Positions 39,295 to 47,823 of a stretch of 64,000 nucleotides of DNA are shown piece by piece. The notes under the pieces are model-generated. The model had not been told where the DNA came from and made no database searches. It saw only the letters and a list, made by a program, of their open reading frames with translations. The stretch's first letter is position 1, and each line of letters opens with the position of its first letter. A program made the translations under genes and the position numbers. Where the stretch lies: the NCBI GenBank assembly GCA_905233275.1, contig CAJODR010000005.1, positions 149 to 64,148 on the forward strand. Reading direction: 5' to 3'. The stretch comes from an uncultured Bacteroidales bacterium (GTDB lineage Bacteria; Bacteroidota; Bacteroidia; Bacteroidales; UBA932).

Positions 39295-40604
39295 GCTCGC
39301 TGAGAGTCATAACTCTCGGCTGCAGCAAGAATACGGTAGACACCGAACACCTTCTGAGCCAGCTCCGGGACTCTTATGAGATCGTCCCGGAAGGGGAGTT
39401 CGCTGACGTTCTCCTCATCAATACCTGCGGTTTCATTGGCGATGCCAAGGAGCAGTCGATTGAGACGATCCTCTCCGCGGCTGAGCTCAAGAAAGACGGG
39501 CTCGTCGGGCGTCTGATTGTGTTCGGCTGCCTTTCGGAGCGCTATTCGGCGGAGCTGCCGGAAGAGATTCCGGAGGTGGACGGCTGGTTCGGCGCCAGGG
39601 ATTTGAAGCCCCTCGTCGAGGCTCTCGGCTGCAAGTGGCGTCCGGCTCTTGAATCCCGCCGTCATCTGACCGATCCCAGGCTTCCATACGCCTACCTCAA
39701 GATATCGGAGGGCTGTGACCGGCGCTGCTCCTACTGCGCCATCCCGCTTATCAGGGGTGCCCACCGTTCCGTCCCGATGGAGACTCTCGTCGAAGAGGCC
39801 CGCTCGCTGGCATCCGCCGGCGTCCGTGAACTCATCCTGATAGCCCAGGATACGACTTTCTACGGTCTCGACCTGTATCACAAGCGCTGCCTTGCAGAAC
39901 TTCTCCGCCGCCTTTCTGAGGTGGATGGTATCGAATGGCTCCGCGTCCATTATTCCTATCCGCAGGATTTCCCGGAAGACGTTCTGGAGGAGATGGCGGC
40001 CAATCCCAAGGTATGCCGCTACATCGACATTCCGCTCCAGCATATCGCCGACCCGGTGCTCTCCGCGATGCACCGTGGCGTTGACGGCGAATGGACCCGC
40101 CGCCTGGTCTCCCGCATGAGAGAGCTAGTTCCAGGAGTCGCCCTTCGGACCACGATGATAGTCGGCCATCCCGGCGAAGGCAAAGCCGAATTCGAGGAAC
40201 TCCTCGCATTCGTCCGTGAGGCACGCTTCGACCGCCTGGGTGCATTCACCTACAGCGAAGAGGAGGGCACATGGGGCGCCGGGCATCTCCGCGACAGCAT
40301 TCCCGCAAGGACCAAAGAGAGCCGCCTGAGGCGTCTTATGGAGGCGCAGCGCAAGGTCTCCCTTGAGATCAACCGTGGGCGGATAGGTACCGAGACGCGC
40401 GTCCTGGTGGATTCATTCCTCGACGGAATCCTCGTCTGCCGCAGCGAATTTGAAAGTCCCGACGTCGATGGCGAGATTCTTGTAGCATACGATCCTGTCA
40501 GCTTCCGCGGCCGTGATCCGGAGTCCCTCGTGGGATCATTCCTCCGTGTCCGTATCACGGGAGCCGACGACTATGATTTGTCAGCAGAATTGATTGAAAT
40601 ATGA
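39291..40604 (+). CDS. rimO: Ribosomal protein S12 methylthiotransferase
   Basis: LGCSKN, NTCGFI, radical SAM CDRRCSYC and C-terminal TRAM (ESPDVDG). Confidence 0.95.
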   Translation: MSSLRVITLGCSKNTVDTEHLLSQLRDSYEIVPEGEFADVLLINTCGFIGDAKEQSIETILSAAELKKDGLVGRLIVFGCLSERYSAELPEEIPEVDGWFGARDLKPLVEALGCKWRPALESRRHLTDPRLPYAYLKISEGCDRRCSYCAIPLIRGAHRSVPMETLVEEARSLASAGVRELILIAQDTTFYGLDLYHKRCLAELLRRLSEVDGIEWLRVHYSYPQDFPEDVLEEMAANPKVCRYIDIPLQHIADPVLSAMHRGVDGEWTRRLVSRMRELVPGVALRTTMIVGHPGEGKAEFEELLAFVREARFDRLGAFTYSEEEGTWGAGHLRDSIPARTKESRLRRLMEAQRKVSLEINRGRIGTETRVLVDSFLDGILVCRSEFESPDVDGEILVAYDPVSFRGRDPESLVGSFLRVRITGADDYDLSAELIEI

Positions 40605-41533
40605 AAATCTTTCATCTTGCAGCGGCCGGCGCCATAGCCCTGGCCTTCATTTCCTGCGAACCCCAGTACTATCTCCTGAACATGGAGAAACGGGGAGCCT
40701 CCTCTTCAGGAGTCAACCTCCTCGGAAAGAATATCTCGCTCGTATATGTCGCTGACGAGGAGACGGAGGTCTTCTCCAATGCCGTGGCGACCGGATTCGC
40801 CCAGACCCTCGAGAAGGAACTCTCCTCCGGCGAGGAAACCATAGGCATATTCTCCGTCCCTCCGGGCGGAGAGAATTACGGGTCCAGGGATTCTCTCGTC
40901 AAGTTCCTCATAGAGACCGGTGACGATGTGATAATGCTGCTTGACCGGCCGCTGTTCAGCGGTCATAAGATAGTGACCAACAGGCCTGTAGTGGATCTGG
41001 GCGTCTCGGCTGATTCTTCTTATCTTGCCGAGGGCTCGGCTTCATTCTCCCTGAAGATGTACTACTACGACTCGATGGGAAAGGAAGACGAAGTCCGCAG
41101 TTTCAGCGGCACCAATACCATCCATCCTACATTCTTCAATCCCGGAGACCTGCCGGAGGAGGAAATGATATCCCTGATGATGGCTCATTCCGATGTCTCG
41201 GCATTCCAGGTCGGCGCGGCTGCCGCCAGGACTTTCAAGCCCGAATGGAAGGCGGTAGGCTATACATTATATTATTATGAGTCCTTCAAATGGGAAGACG
41301 CACTCGAGCTGGCTTACCAGATGAAATGGAACGAAGCGCTTGACAAGTGGCTTTCGCTGGCCAGTGCTTCCCGCAACACCCAGAAGAGGGCTGCCGCCGA
41401 ATTCAATATCGCCACGGCCTGCCACATCCTCGGCAACAACGCCCTGGCCATCGAATGGCTGGACCGCAGCGATGCCGACTGCATGATGCATGGATCGGCT
41501 TCTCTGCGAAAGAAGATACTCGCCGAAATGTAA
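40601..41533 (+). CDS. Lipoprotein with C-terminal TPR (DUF6340-like)
   Basis: Lipobox FISC; C-terminal AAEFNIATACHILG TPR helix. Confidence 0.7.
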   Translation: MKIFHLAAAGAIALAFISCEPQYYLLNMEKRGASSSGVNLLGKNISLVYVADEETEVFSNAVATGFAQTLEKELSSGEETIGIFSVPPGGENYGSRDSLVKFLIETGDDVIMLLDRPLFSGHKIVTNRPVVDLGVSADSSYLAEGSASFSLKMYYYDSMGKEDEVRSFSGTNTIHPTFFNPGDLPEEEMISLMMAHSDVSAFQVGAAAARTFKPEWKAVGYTLYYYESFKWEDALELAYQMKWNEALDKWLSLASASRNTQKRAAAEFNIATACHILGNNALAIEWLDRSDADCMMHGSASLRKKILAEM

Positions 41534-41573
41534 TAACTATTATTGCATAATCGGATTTTTATCCTTAACTTTG

Positions 41574-41610
41574 CAGTCCTTTTTGGGCAAGACACGCCCT
41601 TAAAGGACTG
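41574..41610 (+). promoter_or_regulatory. 5' leader hairpin of rpsF, candidate S6:S18 autoregulatory RNA
   Basis: CAGTCCTTT/AAAGGACTG outer stem and GGGC/GCCC inner stem just after TAACTTTG (41566-41573). Confidence 0.45.
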
Positions 41611-41642
41611 TAAATTATTTATTAACAACAAATTACCCAAAA

Positions 41643-42008
41643 ATGGTACAACAGTACGAAACCGTTTTCATTGCAACTCCCGTTTTGTCTGAGGCCCAGA
41701 TGAAGGAAGCGGTCGAAAAGTACACCAAACTCATCAAGGACAACGGCGGTGAGATCGTGTACGAAGAGGATTGGGGACTGCGTCAGCTCGCTTATCCCAT
41801 CCAGCACAAGACCACGGGGTTCTATTACCTTATCGAGTTCAAGGCTGACACCCAGTTCGTGGCCACCCTCGAAACCCAGTATCACCGTGACGAGCGCATC
41901 ATCCGCTACCTCACCGTAGCGCTTGACAAGGACGCCGTCGCATACGCAGAGCGCCGTCGCGCCAACAAGGCAGCGAAAGCCGCCCCCGCAGAAACCGCTA
42001 ACGAGTAG
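41643..42008 (+). CDS. rpsF: 30S ribosomal protein S6
   Basis: QYETVFI and [10 protein letters not shown] motifs. Confidence 0.98.
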   Translation: MVQQYETVFIATPVLSEAQMKEAVEKYTKLIKDNGGEIVYEEDWGLRQLAYPIQHKTTGFYYLIEFKADTQFVATLETQYHRDERIIRYLTVALDKDAVAYAERRRANKAAKAAPAETANE

Positions 42009-42019
42009 GAGGACAAATT

Positions 42020-42286
42020 ATGGCTGAAAACAATGAAATCCGTTATCTCAATCCTCCCAAAGTCGAGGTGAGAAAGAAGAAATACTGCCGCTTCAAAAAA
42101 GCAGGCATCAAGTATGTCGATTACAAGGACCCTGAGTTCCTCAAGAAGTTCCTCAACGAGCAGGGCAAGATCCTTCCCCGCCGTCTCACCGGTACTTCCC
42201 TCAAGTTCCAGCGCAAGGTCGCCCAGGCTATCAAGCGTGCGCGTTCCCTCGCTCTTCTTCCTTACGTTACTGACCTCCTCAAATAG
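42020..42286 (+). CDS. rpsR: 30S ribosomal protein S18
   Basis: VDYKDPEFL and [10 protein letters not shown] motifs. Confidence 0.98.
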   Translation: MAENNEIRYLNPPKVEVRKKKYCRFKKAGIKYVDYKDPEFLKKFLNEQGKILPRRLTGTSLKFQRKVAQAIKRARSLALLPYVTDLLK

Positions 42287-42295
42287 TCCCGCCTT

Positions 42296-42739
42296 ATGGA
42301 AATTCTTCTTAAGAAAGATGTCGCGAATCTCGGCCAGGCCGGTGAAATCGTGAACGTGAAGGCAGGCTATGCCCTCAATTACCTTGTTCCCCAGGGTTTT
42401 GCAACAGTCGCTACCGAGTCTGTCAAGAAGCAGCACGCCGAGACAGTCCGCCAGCGCGCCCACAAGGAGGCTAAACTCATGGCAGACGCCGAGGCTCTCG
42501 CAGCCAAGCTCGAGGCCACTCCCGTCACCGTCAAGGTCAAAGTCAGCGAAAGCGGCAAGACCTACGGAAGCGTCACCACAGCCCAGATCGCAGAGTCCCT
42601 CGTCGCCGCAGGTCTCGATGTCGACAAGAAAGACATCACCCTCGCCGAGGAAATCAAGGAGACTGGCAGCTTTGCCGCCGTCGTCAAGGTCTACAAGGCT
42701 GTCAAAGCCACTGTCGCAGTCAACGTCGAGGCTGAATAA
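42296..42739 (+). CDS. rplI: 50S ribosomal protein L9
   Basis: LGQAGEIVNVKAGYALNYL and GSVT motifs. Confidence 0.97.
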   Translation: MEILLKKDVANLGQAGEIVNVKAGYALNYLVPQGFATVATESVKKQHAETVRQRAHKEAKLMADAEALAAKLEATPVTVKVKVSESGKTYGSVTTAQIAESLVAAGLDVDKKDITLAEEIKETGSFAAVVKVYKAVKATVAVNVEAE

Positions 42740-42761
42740 GAGTCCTAGACATGCTGTTTAC

Positions 42762-42797
42762 AAAGTGGCAGTCCTCCCGGGGGCTGCCGCTTTTTTT
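42762..42797 (+). terminator. Intrinsic terminator of the rpsF-rpsR-rplI operon
   Basis: AAAGTGGCAGTCC-loop-GGGGCTGCCGCTTTTTTT. Confidence 0.85.
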
Positions 42798-42850
42798 GTC
42801 TCCTGCGGTAAAAATGCTATATTTGCATATAACCCTAAAACTCTTTTGTT

Positions 42851-45058
42851 ACGAAACGCATAATCATCCTTTTCGCGGCCGTGGCGGCCATTGTCGCCTG
42901 TTCGCACAAGCCGGTCTATGACAGCGCTGATTCGGCAGCTGCCGCAGCGCTTGCTTCCCGTGTGGTTCCGGAGGCTGCTGACCATTTCGTCTTTGAAACC
43001 CTTCCTGCGGACTCGTGCGACTACTTCGTTCTCCGCCAGGATGGTGACCGCCTCGTCATCGGCGGCAACAACGCCAATTCCATGGCCGTCGGTCTCAACT
43101 ATTATCTCCGTCACTACTGCGGGGTCAATATCGGCTGGTTTGCCGAGGACAAGGGACCGGTGCCGGACAAGCTGCCCGCGGTAGCGGAGCCGGTCCGCCG
43201 CAACGCGAGGGTTCCGGAGCGATTCTTCCTGAACTACTGTACTTTCGGGTACACCATGCCCTGGTGGAAATGGGAACAGTGGGAGCATTTCATCGACTGG
43301 ATGGCCCTGAACGGCATCAATCTGCCGCTCGCCATCACCGGGCAGGAGTCCGTATGGTATTCTGTCTGGACTGAACTCGGGCTCACGGACGAGGAGGTTC
43401 GAAACTATTTCACGGGTCCTGCCCATCTCCCGTGGCACCGGATGCTCAATCTGGACCGCTGGGGCGGACCGCTTCCGCAAAGCTGGCTGGAAGGCCAGGA
43501 AGCGCTCCAGAAGCGTATCGTCGAGCGCGAACGTGAGCTCAACATGCGGCCTGTGCTTCCTGCATTCGCCGGTCATGTTCCGCCTGAACTGTCGCGGATT
43601 TATCCTGATGCCAGAATCGAGAGGATGAGCGACTGGGCCGGATTCGCCGAAGATGATTTCCCCTGGTTCCTCGATCCGGATGATCCGCTGTTCCCGGTCA
43701 TCCAGAAGAAGTTCCTGGAGAAGGAAACCGCACTTTACGGCACAGACCACGTATACGGCATTGACGTATTCAACGAAATGATTCCGCGCAGCTGGGAGCC
43801 TTCCTATCTCGGTCACGTCAGCAGGGGAGTGTACGAGTCCCTCGCGGCTGCTGACCCGGAGGCCACTTGGCTGCAGATGACATGGCTGTTCTACAACGAG
43901 CGCCGCTACTGGTTTGAAGGCGACAGCGACGAGCGTGTCAAGGCTTACCTGACTTCGTATCCGGCTGAGCATTCGATACTTCTGGATTATTACTGCGAGA
44001 GGATGGAGGTCTGGCGCAATACCGACTGCTACTACGGCATCCCCTTCATCTGGTGCTACCTCGGCAATTTCGGCGGCAACACATTCCTCGCCGGCGACAT
44101 CCATGACATAGCGTCGAAGATCGAGAATGCATTCGCTGAGGCCGGTCCCAATTTCAAGGGAATCGGCTCCACCCTCGAAGGCTTCGACTGCAATCCGTTC
44201 ATCTACCAGTTCCTCTTCGAAAAGGCCTGGGATTTCCCGGAGCACGGCGATGTTGACGCTTACGCGGCCTCGCTTTCGCGAATCAGGACGGGCGTGGAGA
44301 ATGACGCCGCAGTATCCGCATGGAAGACCCTGTTTGACGAAATCTACATCCAGCGCTCAGTTCCCGGACACAGCCCGATCATGAATCTCCGGCCTTCATT
44401 CGGCCGCTCGAGCTCGTACCATTCATCGGTCCGTTTCAATTATGAGAACGAGAAGCTCCGCGAGGTGATCCTCAGTCTCCTCGAGGCCGGCGGATCGGGT
44501 CCTGCGTATGAATTCGACCTCGTCAATGTCACGCGTCAATGGCTCTGCAACGGCTTCGAAGAGCGATTTGCCCGCTACGTCGAGGCGTATGACAATCGCG
44601 ATACTGAGGCTTTGGCGTCGCTTCGTGAAGAGCTGCTCGCAACCTTTGACACTCTGGACGAGCTCCTCGCCTCGCAGCCTTACTTCCTTGTAGGCCGCTG
44701 GATAGCCGACGCTCGTTCATGGGGCGCCACTCCGGCCGAGGCCGACTACTTCGAGACCAATGCCCGCAATCTCCTCACCAGCTGGGGCGACCGCGGAAAC
44801 ATGCTCACAGACTACGCAGACCGCTCCTGGTCCGGTCTCGTCGGCTCCTACTACAAAGGCCGCTGGGAGCTGTTCTTCGACGCCGTCGATGCCGCCCTCG
44901 CCGACGGCGAATCCCTCGACGGCCCCCGCGCCGACGCCCTCCTCGAAGCCACCAAGGACTTCGAGCACTCCTGGTGGGCCGACCGCCCCGGCACCTTCCC
45001 CTCCACCCCGCACGGCAACAGCCTCTCCCTCGTCCGCTCCGCAATAGGGGAGCGGTAA
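42851..45058 (+). CDS. GH89 alpha-N-acetylglucosaminidase lipoprotein; apparent start codon is ACG
   Basis: LNYCTFGY, IDWMALNGINLPLA, PAFAGHVP, WCYLGNFGG, NLLTSWG and DYADRSWSGL motifs; signal (M)KRIIILFAAVAAIVAC from 42851. Confidence 0.9.
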   Translation, partial: TKRIIILFAAVAAIVACSHKPVYDSADSAAAAALASRVVPEAADHFVFETLPADSCDYFVLRQDGDRLVIGGNNANSMAVGLNYYLRHYCGVNIGWFAEDKGPVPDKLPAVAEPVRRNARVPERFFLNYCTFGYTMPWWKWEQWEHFIDWMALNGINLPLAITGQESVWYSVWTELGLTDEEVRNYFTGPAHLPWHRMLNLDRWGGPLPQSWLEGQEALQKRIVERERELNMRPVLPAFAGHVPPELSRIYPDARIERMSDWAGFAEDDFPWFLDPDDPLFPVIQKKFLEKETALYGTDHVYGIDVFNEMIPRSWEPSYLGHVSRGVYESLAAADPEATWLQMTWLFYNERRYWFEGDSDERVKAYLTSYPAEHSILLDYYCERMEVWRNTDCYYGIPFIWCYLGNFGGNTFLAGDIHDIASKIENAFAEAGPNFKGIGSTLEGFDCNPFIYQFLFEKAWDFPEHGDVDAYAASLSRIRTGVENDAAVSAWKTLFDEIYIQRSVPGHSPIMNLRPSFGRSSSYHSSVRFNYENEKLREVILSLLEAGGSGPAYEFDLVNVTRQWLCNGFEERFARYVEAYDNRDTEALASLREELLATFDTLDELLASQPYFLVGRWIADARSWGATPAEADYFETNARNLLTSWGDRGNMLTDYADRSWSGLVGSYYKGRWELFFDAVDAALADGESLDGPRADALLEATKDFEHSWWADRPGTFPSTPHGNSLSLVRSAIGER

Positions 45059-45076
45059 GAGAGACTTGTGGGAACG

Positions 45077-45117
45077 AAAAAACGGCAGCCTGGGGGGACC
45101 GGGCTGCCGTCTTTTTT
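45077..45117. terminator. Bidirectional terminator between convergent genes
   Basis: A6-ACGGCAGCCTGG-loop-CCGGGCTGCCGT-C-T6. Confidence 0.85.
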
Positions 45118-45131
45118 GGGGATATGAATAA

Positions 45132-45524
45132 TCAGTTGTTGAGACCGGTGCTTCTGACGACGATGTACCATTTGCCGTCGACTTTGGTGACCTGGAGGGA
45201 GCCGGTTAAGTCGCCCTTGTCGTCAACGTATTCATAGTCGAGCCAGTCCATGGAGTCGGGTTCGCTTTCGACTTTGATATCGTGGATCGTGCCTTTTTTC
45301 CTTTCGCAGTACTTTTCGGCATTCTTGCGGATAGTGTCTGCCTCTTTGGCATAATCCGTCATGTCGAGACACTCGATCATGGCGTCTACGTTGCCGTCAT
45401 TGACAGCGTTGAGGAAGGATTCGACAACTGCCTTGGCAGAACTGTGGTCGACTTTTGAGCCGCAGGAAACTGCGAGGAACATGGATGCAGCGATTGCTGC
45501 GAATGCGATCAATACTTTTTTCAT
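45132..45524 (-). CDS. Small lipoprotein (DUF4878/NTF2-like)
   Basis: Lipobox AVSC, KAVVESFLNAV and KVDGKWYI patterns. Confidence 0.75.
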   Translation of the reverse strand: MKKVLIAFAAIAASMFLAVSCGSKVDHSSAKAVVESFLNAVNDGNVDAMIECLDMTDYAKEADTIRKNAEKYCERKKGTIHDIKVESEPDSMDWLDYEYVDDKGDLTGSLQVTKVDGKWYIVVRSTGLNN

Positions 45525-45537
45525 AGTTTTATTAGTG

Positions 45538-47220
45538 TTATGATGGATTCTTTTCCGGTTCGTCGCCGTGGTGGTCGCGGTATTTGAAGCGGCGGATTTT
45601 GCGGGTGGCGGTCTTTTCGAATTCGTCTTTCATGGCGTCGACTTCTCCGATGCGGGCACCTTTGCCTACAGTCTTGTTGACGCGCTCGAGGATGGAGTTC
45701 TTAAGGCGCTGTAGATTGTCGAAGAAGCGGTCTTCGCCGGCCTGGTTCCAGTCCAGGACGTTGTCATCGAATTTCACGAGGGCAACGAGTTTGCCGTCGC
45801 GCTCCATGACGAGGGATTCCTCGACGCCGTCGATGTCGTTGATGACCATTTCGATTTCTTCGGGGTAGATGTTTTCGCCGGAAGGACCTACGATGGTATT
45901 GTTGAGGCGGCCCTTTATCCAGTAGCGGCCGTCAGGTGTCATAGACGCCACATCGCTGGTATGGAACCAGCCTTCTTCATCCAGGACCTGAAGCGTCCTT
46001 TCGGGATCCTTGTAGTAGCCTAGCATGACGTTGTCGCCGCGGCAGACAATCTCGCCGGCGCCGGTGGCCGGATCGACATTATCGAGACGAATCTCGACTT
46101 TCCATGATGCGGGACCGATGGAGCCGGGCTTGCGACCCATTCCGACCATAAGGTTGCAGACGAGCGGGGCGCATTCAGTAAGACCGTAGCCCACTGCGTA
46201 AGGGAATTTGCTCTTGATGAGGAAGTCCTCGACGACGGGATCCACCTTTGCGCCGCCGATGCCGAAGAAACGCAGCTTGCCGCCGAATGTTTTCTTGAGC
46301 CTGAGCCCCACGAACCAGTAGAGAATGTGAGGAGTCTTCTTCGACATCCAGTCCAGTACGCGGCTGCCTTTGATGGTCGGAACGACGCTGGAACGGTAAA
46401 TCTTCTCCATGATGAGAGGGACGGCGCACATAATGGTCGGCCGTACCTTCTTCATCGCCGGAAGGAGGATGCTCGGTGTCGGCGGCTTCTTGATATAATA
46501 GGAGCATGCCCCGGCGTAGAAGCTGTAGAGGCAGCTGACACTCAATTCATAAGCATGGGCCATCGGAAGGATGGACAGGAACCGGTCCCTCTTGTCGCAG
46601 GGCTGGGCCTTGTATGACGCCACGAGATTGTGGGCGATGTTGCGGTGGGAGAGCATTACGCCCTTGGCCTTGCCTGTCGTGCCGGAAGTATAGAGGATGG
46701 CCGCGAGGTCGTCCGGCTGTGGATCCTTCACCCAGCCGTCGCATTCGAAGTCGTCCTTTGACATCTTGATAAAAGCGAATGTCTCAATGTCAATGACGAG
46801 CTTCATCCTGTCATAGCACTCCTGACTCAGCTTTGAGCGCAGTCTCTTGGAGATGAATATCACCGAGCTCTCGGAATGTGTGAGGATATTGGTGACTTCA
46901 TTTTCAGTGCAGTCGGTGAGAATTGGAATGGCGATACGCCCGAACGCGGTCGCGGCGAGGAAAGCCACGGTCCAGTTGGGCATGTTCTGCGATAGGATAG
47001 CGACCTTGTCACCGGCCTTGATGCCGAAACGGGACATGCGCACGGAAAGCCTGTCGCAGGCTTCGCGGAATGTCTGGTAGGTATACTCCTGCCCTCCGTC
47101 GACAAAGCGCGAACAAGGCCTGTCGGCGTATTTTGCAGTCGAATAGTCATACAGGCGCCTCAGGGTGGTGCAATTGTTTTCCCTGAAGCGGTTTTTCATC
47201 TTGTACGGGCTTTTCGGCAT
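45538..47220 (-). CDS. Long-chain fatty acid-CoA ligase (AMP-binding)
   Basis: YTSGTTGKAKG, GYGLTECAP and GENIYPEEIE motifs. Confidence 0.93.
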   Translation of the reverse strand: MPKSPYKMKNRFRENNCTTLRRLYDYSTAKYADRPCSRFVDGGQEYTYQTFREACDRLSVRMSRFGIKAGDKVAILSQNMPNWTVAFLAATAFGRIAIPILTDCTENEVTNILTHSESSVIFISKRLRSKLSQECYDRMKLVIDIETFAFIKMSKDDFECDGWVKDPQPDDLAAILYTSGTTGKAKGVMLSHRNIAHNLVASYKAQPCDKRDRFLSILPMAHAYELSVSCLYSFYAGACSYYIKKPPTPSILLPAMKKVRPTIMCAVPLIMEKIYRSSVVPTIKGSRVLDWMSKKTPHILYWFVGLRLKKTFGGKLRFFGIGGAKVDPVVEDFLIKSKFPYAVGYGLTECAPLVCNLMVGMGRKPGSIGPASWKVEIRLDNVDPATGAGEIVCRGDNVMLGYYKDPERTLQVLDEEGWFHTSDVASMTPDGRYWIKGRLNNTIVGPSGENIYPEEIEMVINDIDGVEESLVMERDGKLVALVKFDDNVLDWNQAGEDRFFDNLQRLKNSILERVNKTVGKGARIGEVDAMKDEFEKTATRKIRRFKYRDHHGDEPEKNPS

Positions 47221-47231
47221 GTTGAAACGGT

Positions 47232-47819
47232 TTACGGGGTGAATTGATCAGGGTGTCTTGCAGTCAGGTTGAGAGAAGCGTAGTAAGCCTGCATCCTGTC
47301 TGTATCAGCACGGGCGTCGTCCGTAAGCTCGAAACGCTCCCCGACGGCAAGAATCTTCTTCTTCCAGTCGAAATACGAGAGCCATACCGGAACACCTGCC
47401 TCGCGTGCGATGAAGTGATAGCCGGTCTTCCATTTCTTGACGGCCTTGCGGCTGCCCTCGGGGGAAATGGCGAATATGAATTCGTCCCTCTCCTCGAGGA
47501 TGCGGATGACGCTTTTGACCACCGCTCCGGGGCTGCTCCTGTCGACCGGGACGGCTCCGCATGCGCGGAGAATGGGACCGAGCGGCCAGAAGAAAAACTC
47601 CTTCTTGATGAGAAGGTGGAGCCGCTTGCCGTACTGGGTGTAAAACAGGTAGCAGATGAGGAAATCCCTGGCTGAAGTGTGCGGGGCACCGATTGCGACC
47701 GCCTTTTTATCAGGGATCGGCCCTGTGAGGCTCTTCCAGCCCTTTTTCCTCAACCACCAGCCGCAGAAGCGGGCCCAGCGGGCGGATACGGGTTTCTCTA
47801 TTTTGGGGTCTCTGGCCAC
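47232..47819 (-). CDS. 1-acyl-sn-glycerol-3-phosphate acyltransferase family protein
   Basis: PHTSARD (HxxxxD) and SPEGSR motifs. Confidence 0.88.
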   Translation of the reverse strand: MARDPKIEKPVSARWARFCGWWLRKKGWKSLTGPIPDKKAVAIGAPHTSARDFLICYLFYTQYGKRLHLLIKKEFFFWPLGPILRACGAVPVDRSSPGAVVKSVIRILEERDEFIFAISPEGSRKAVKKWKTGYHFIAREAGVPVWLSYFDWKKKILAVGERFELTDDARADTDRMQAYYASLNLTARHPDQFTP

Positions 47820-47823
47820 GGGA

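Noticed and set aside
42758-44245. 495-aa minus-strand ORF
   Set aside because: Antisense shadow of the GH89 gene; no recognisable domain.
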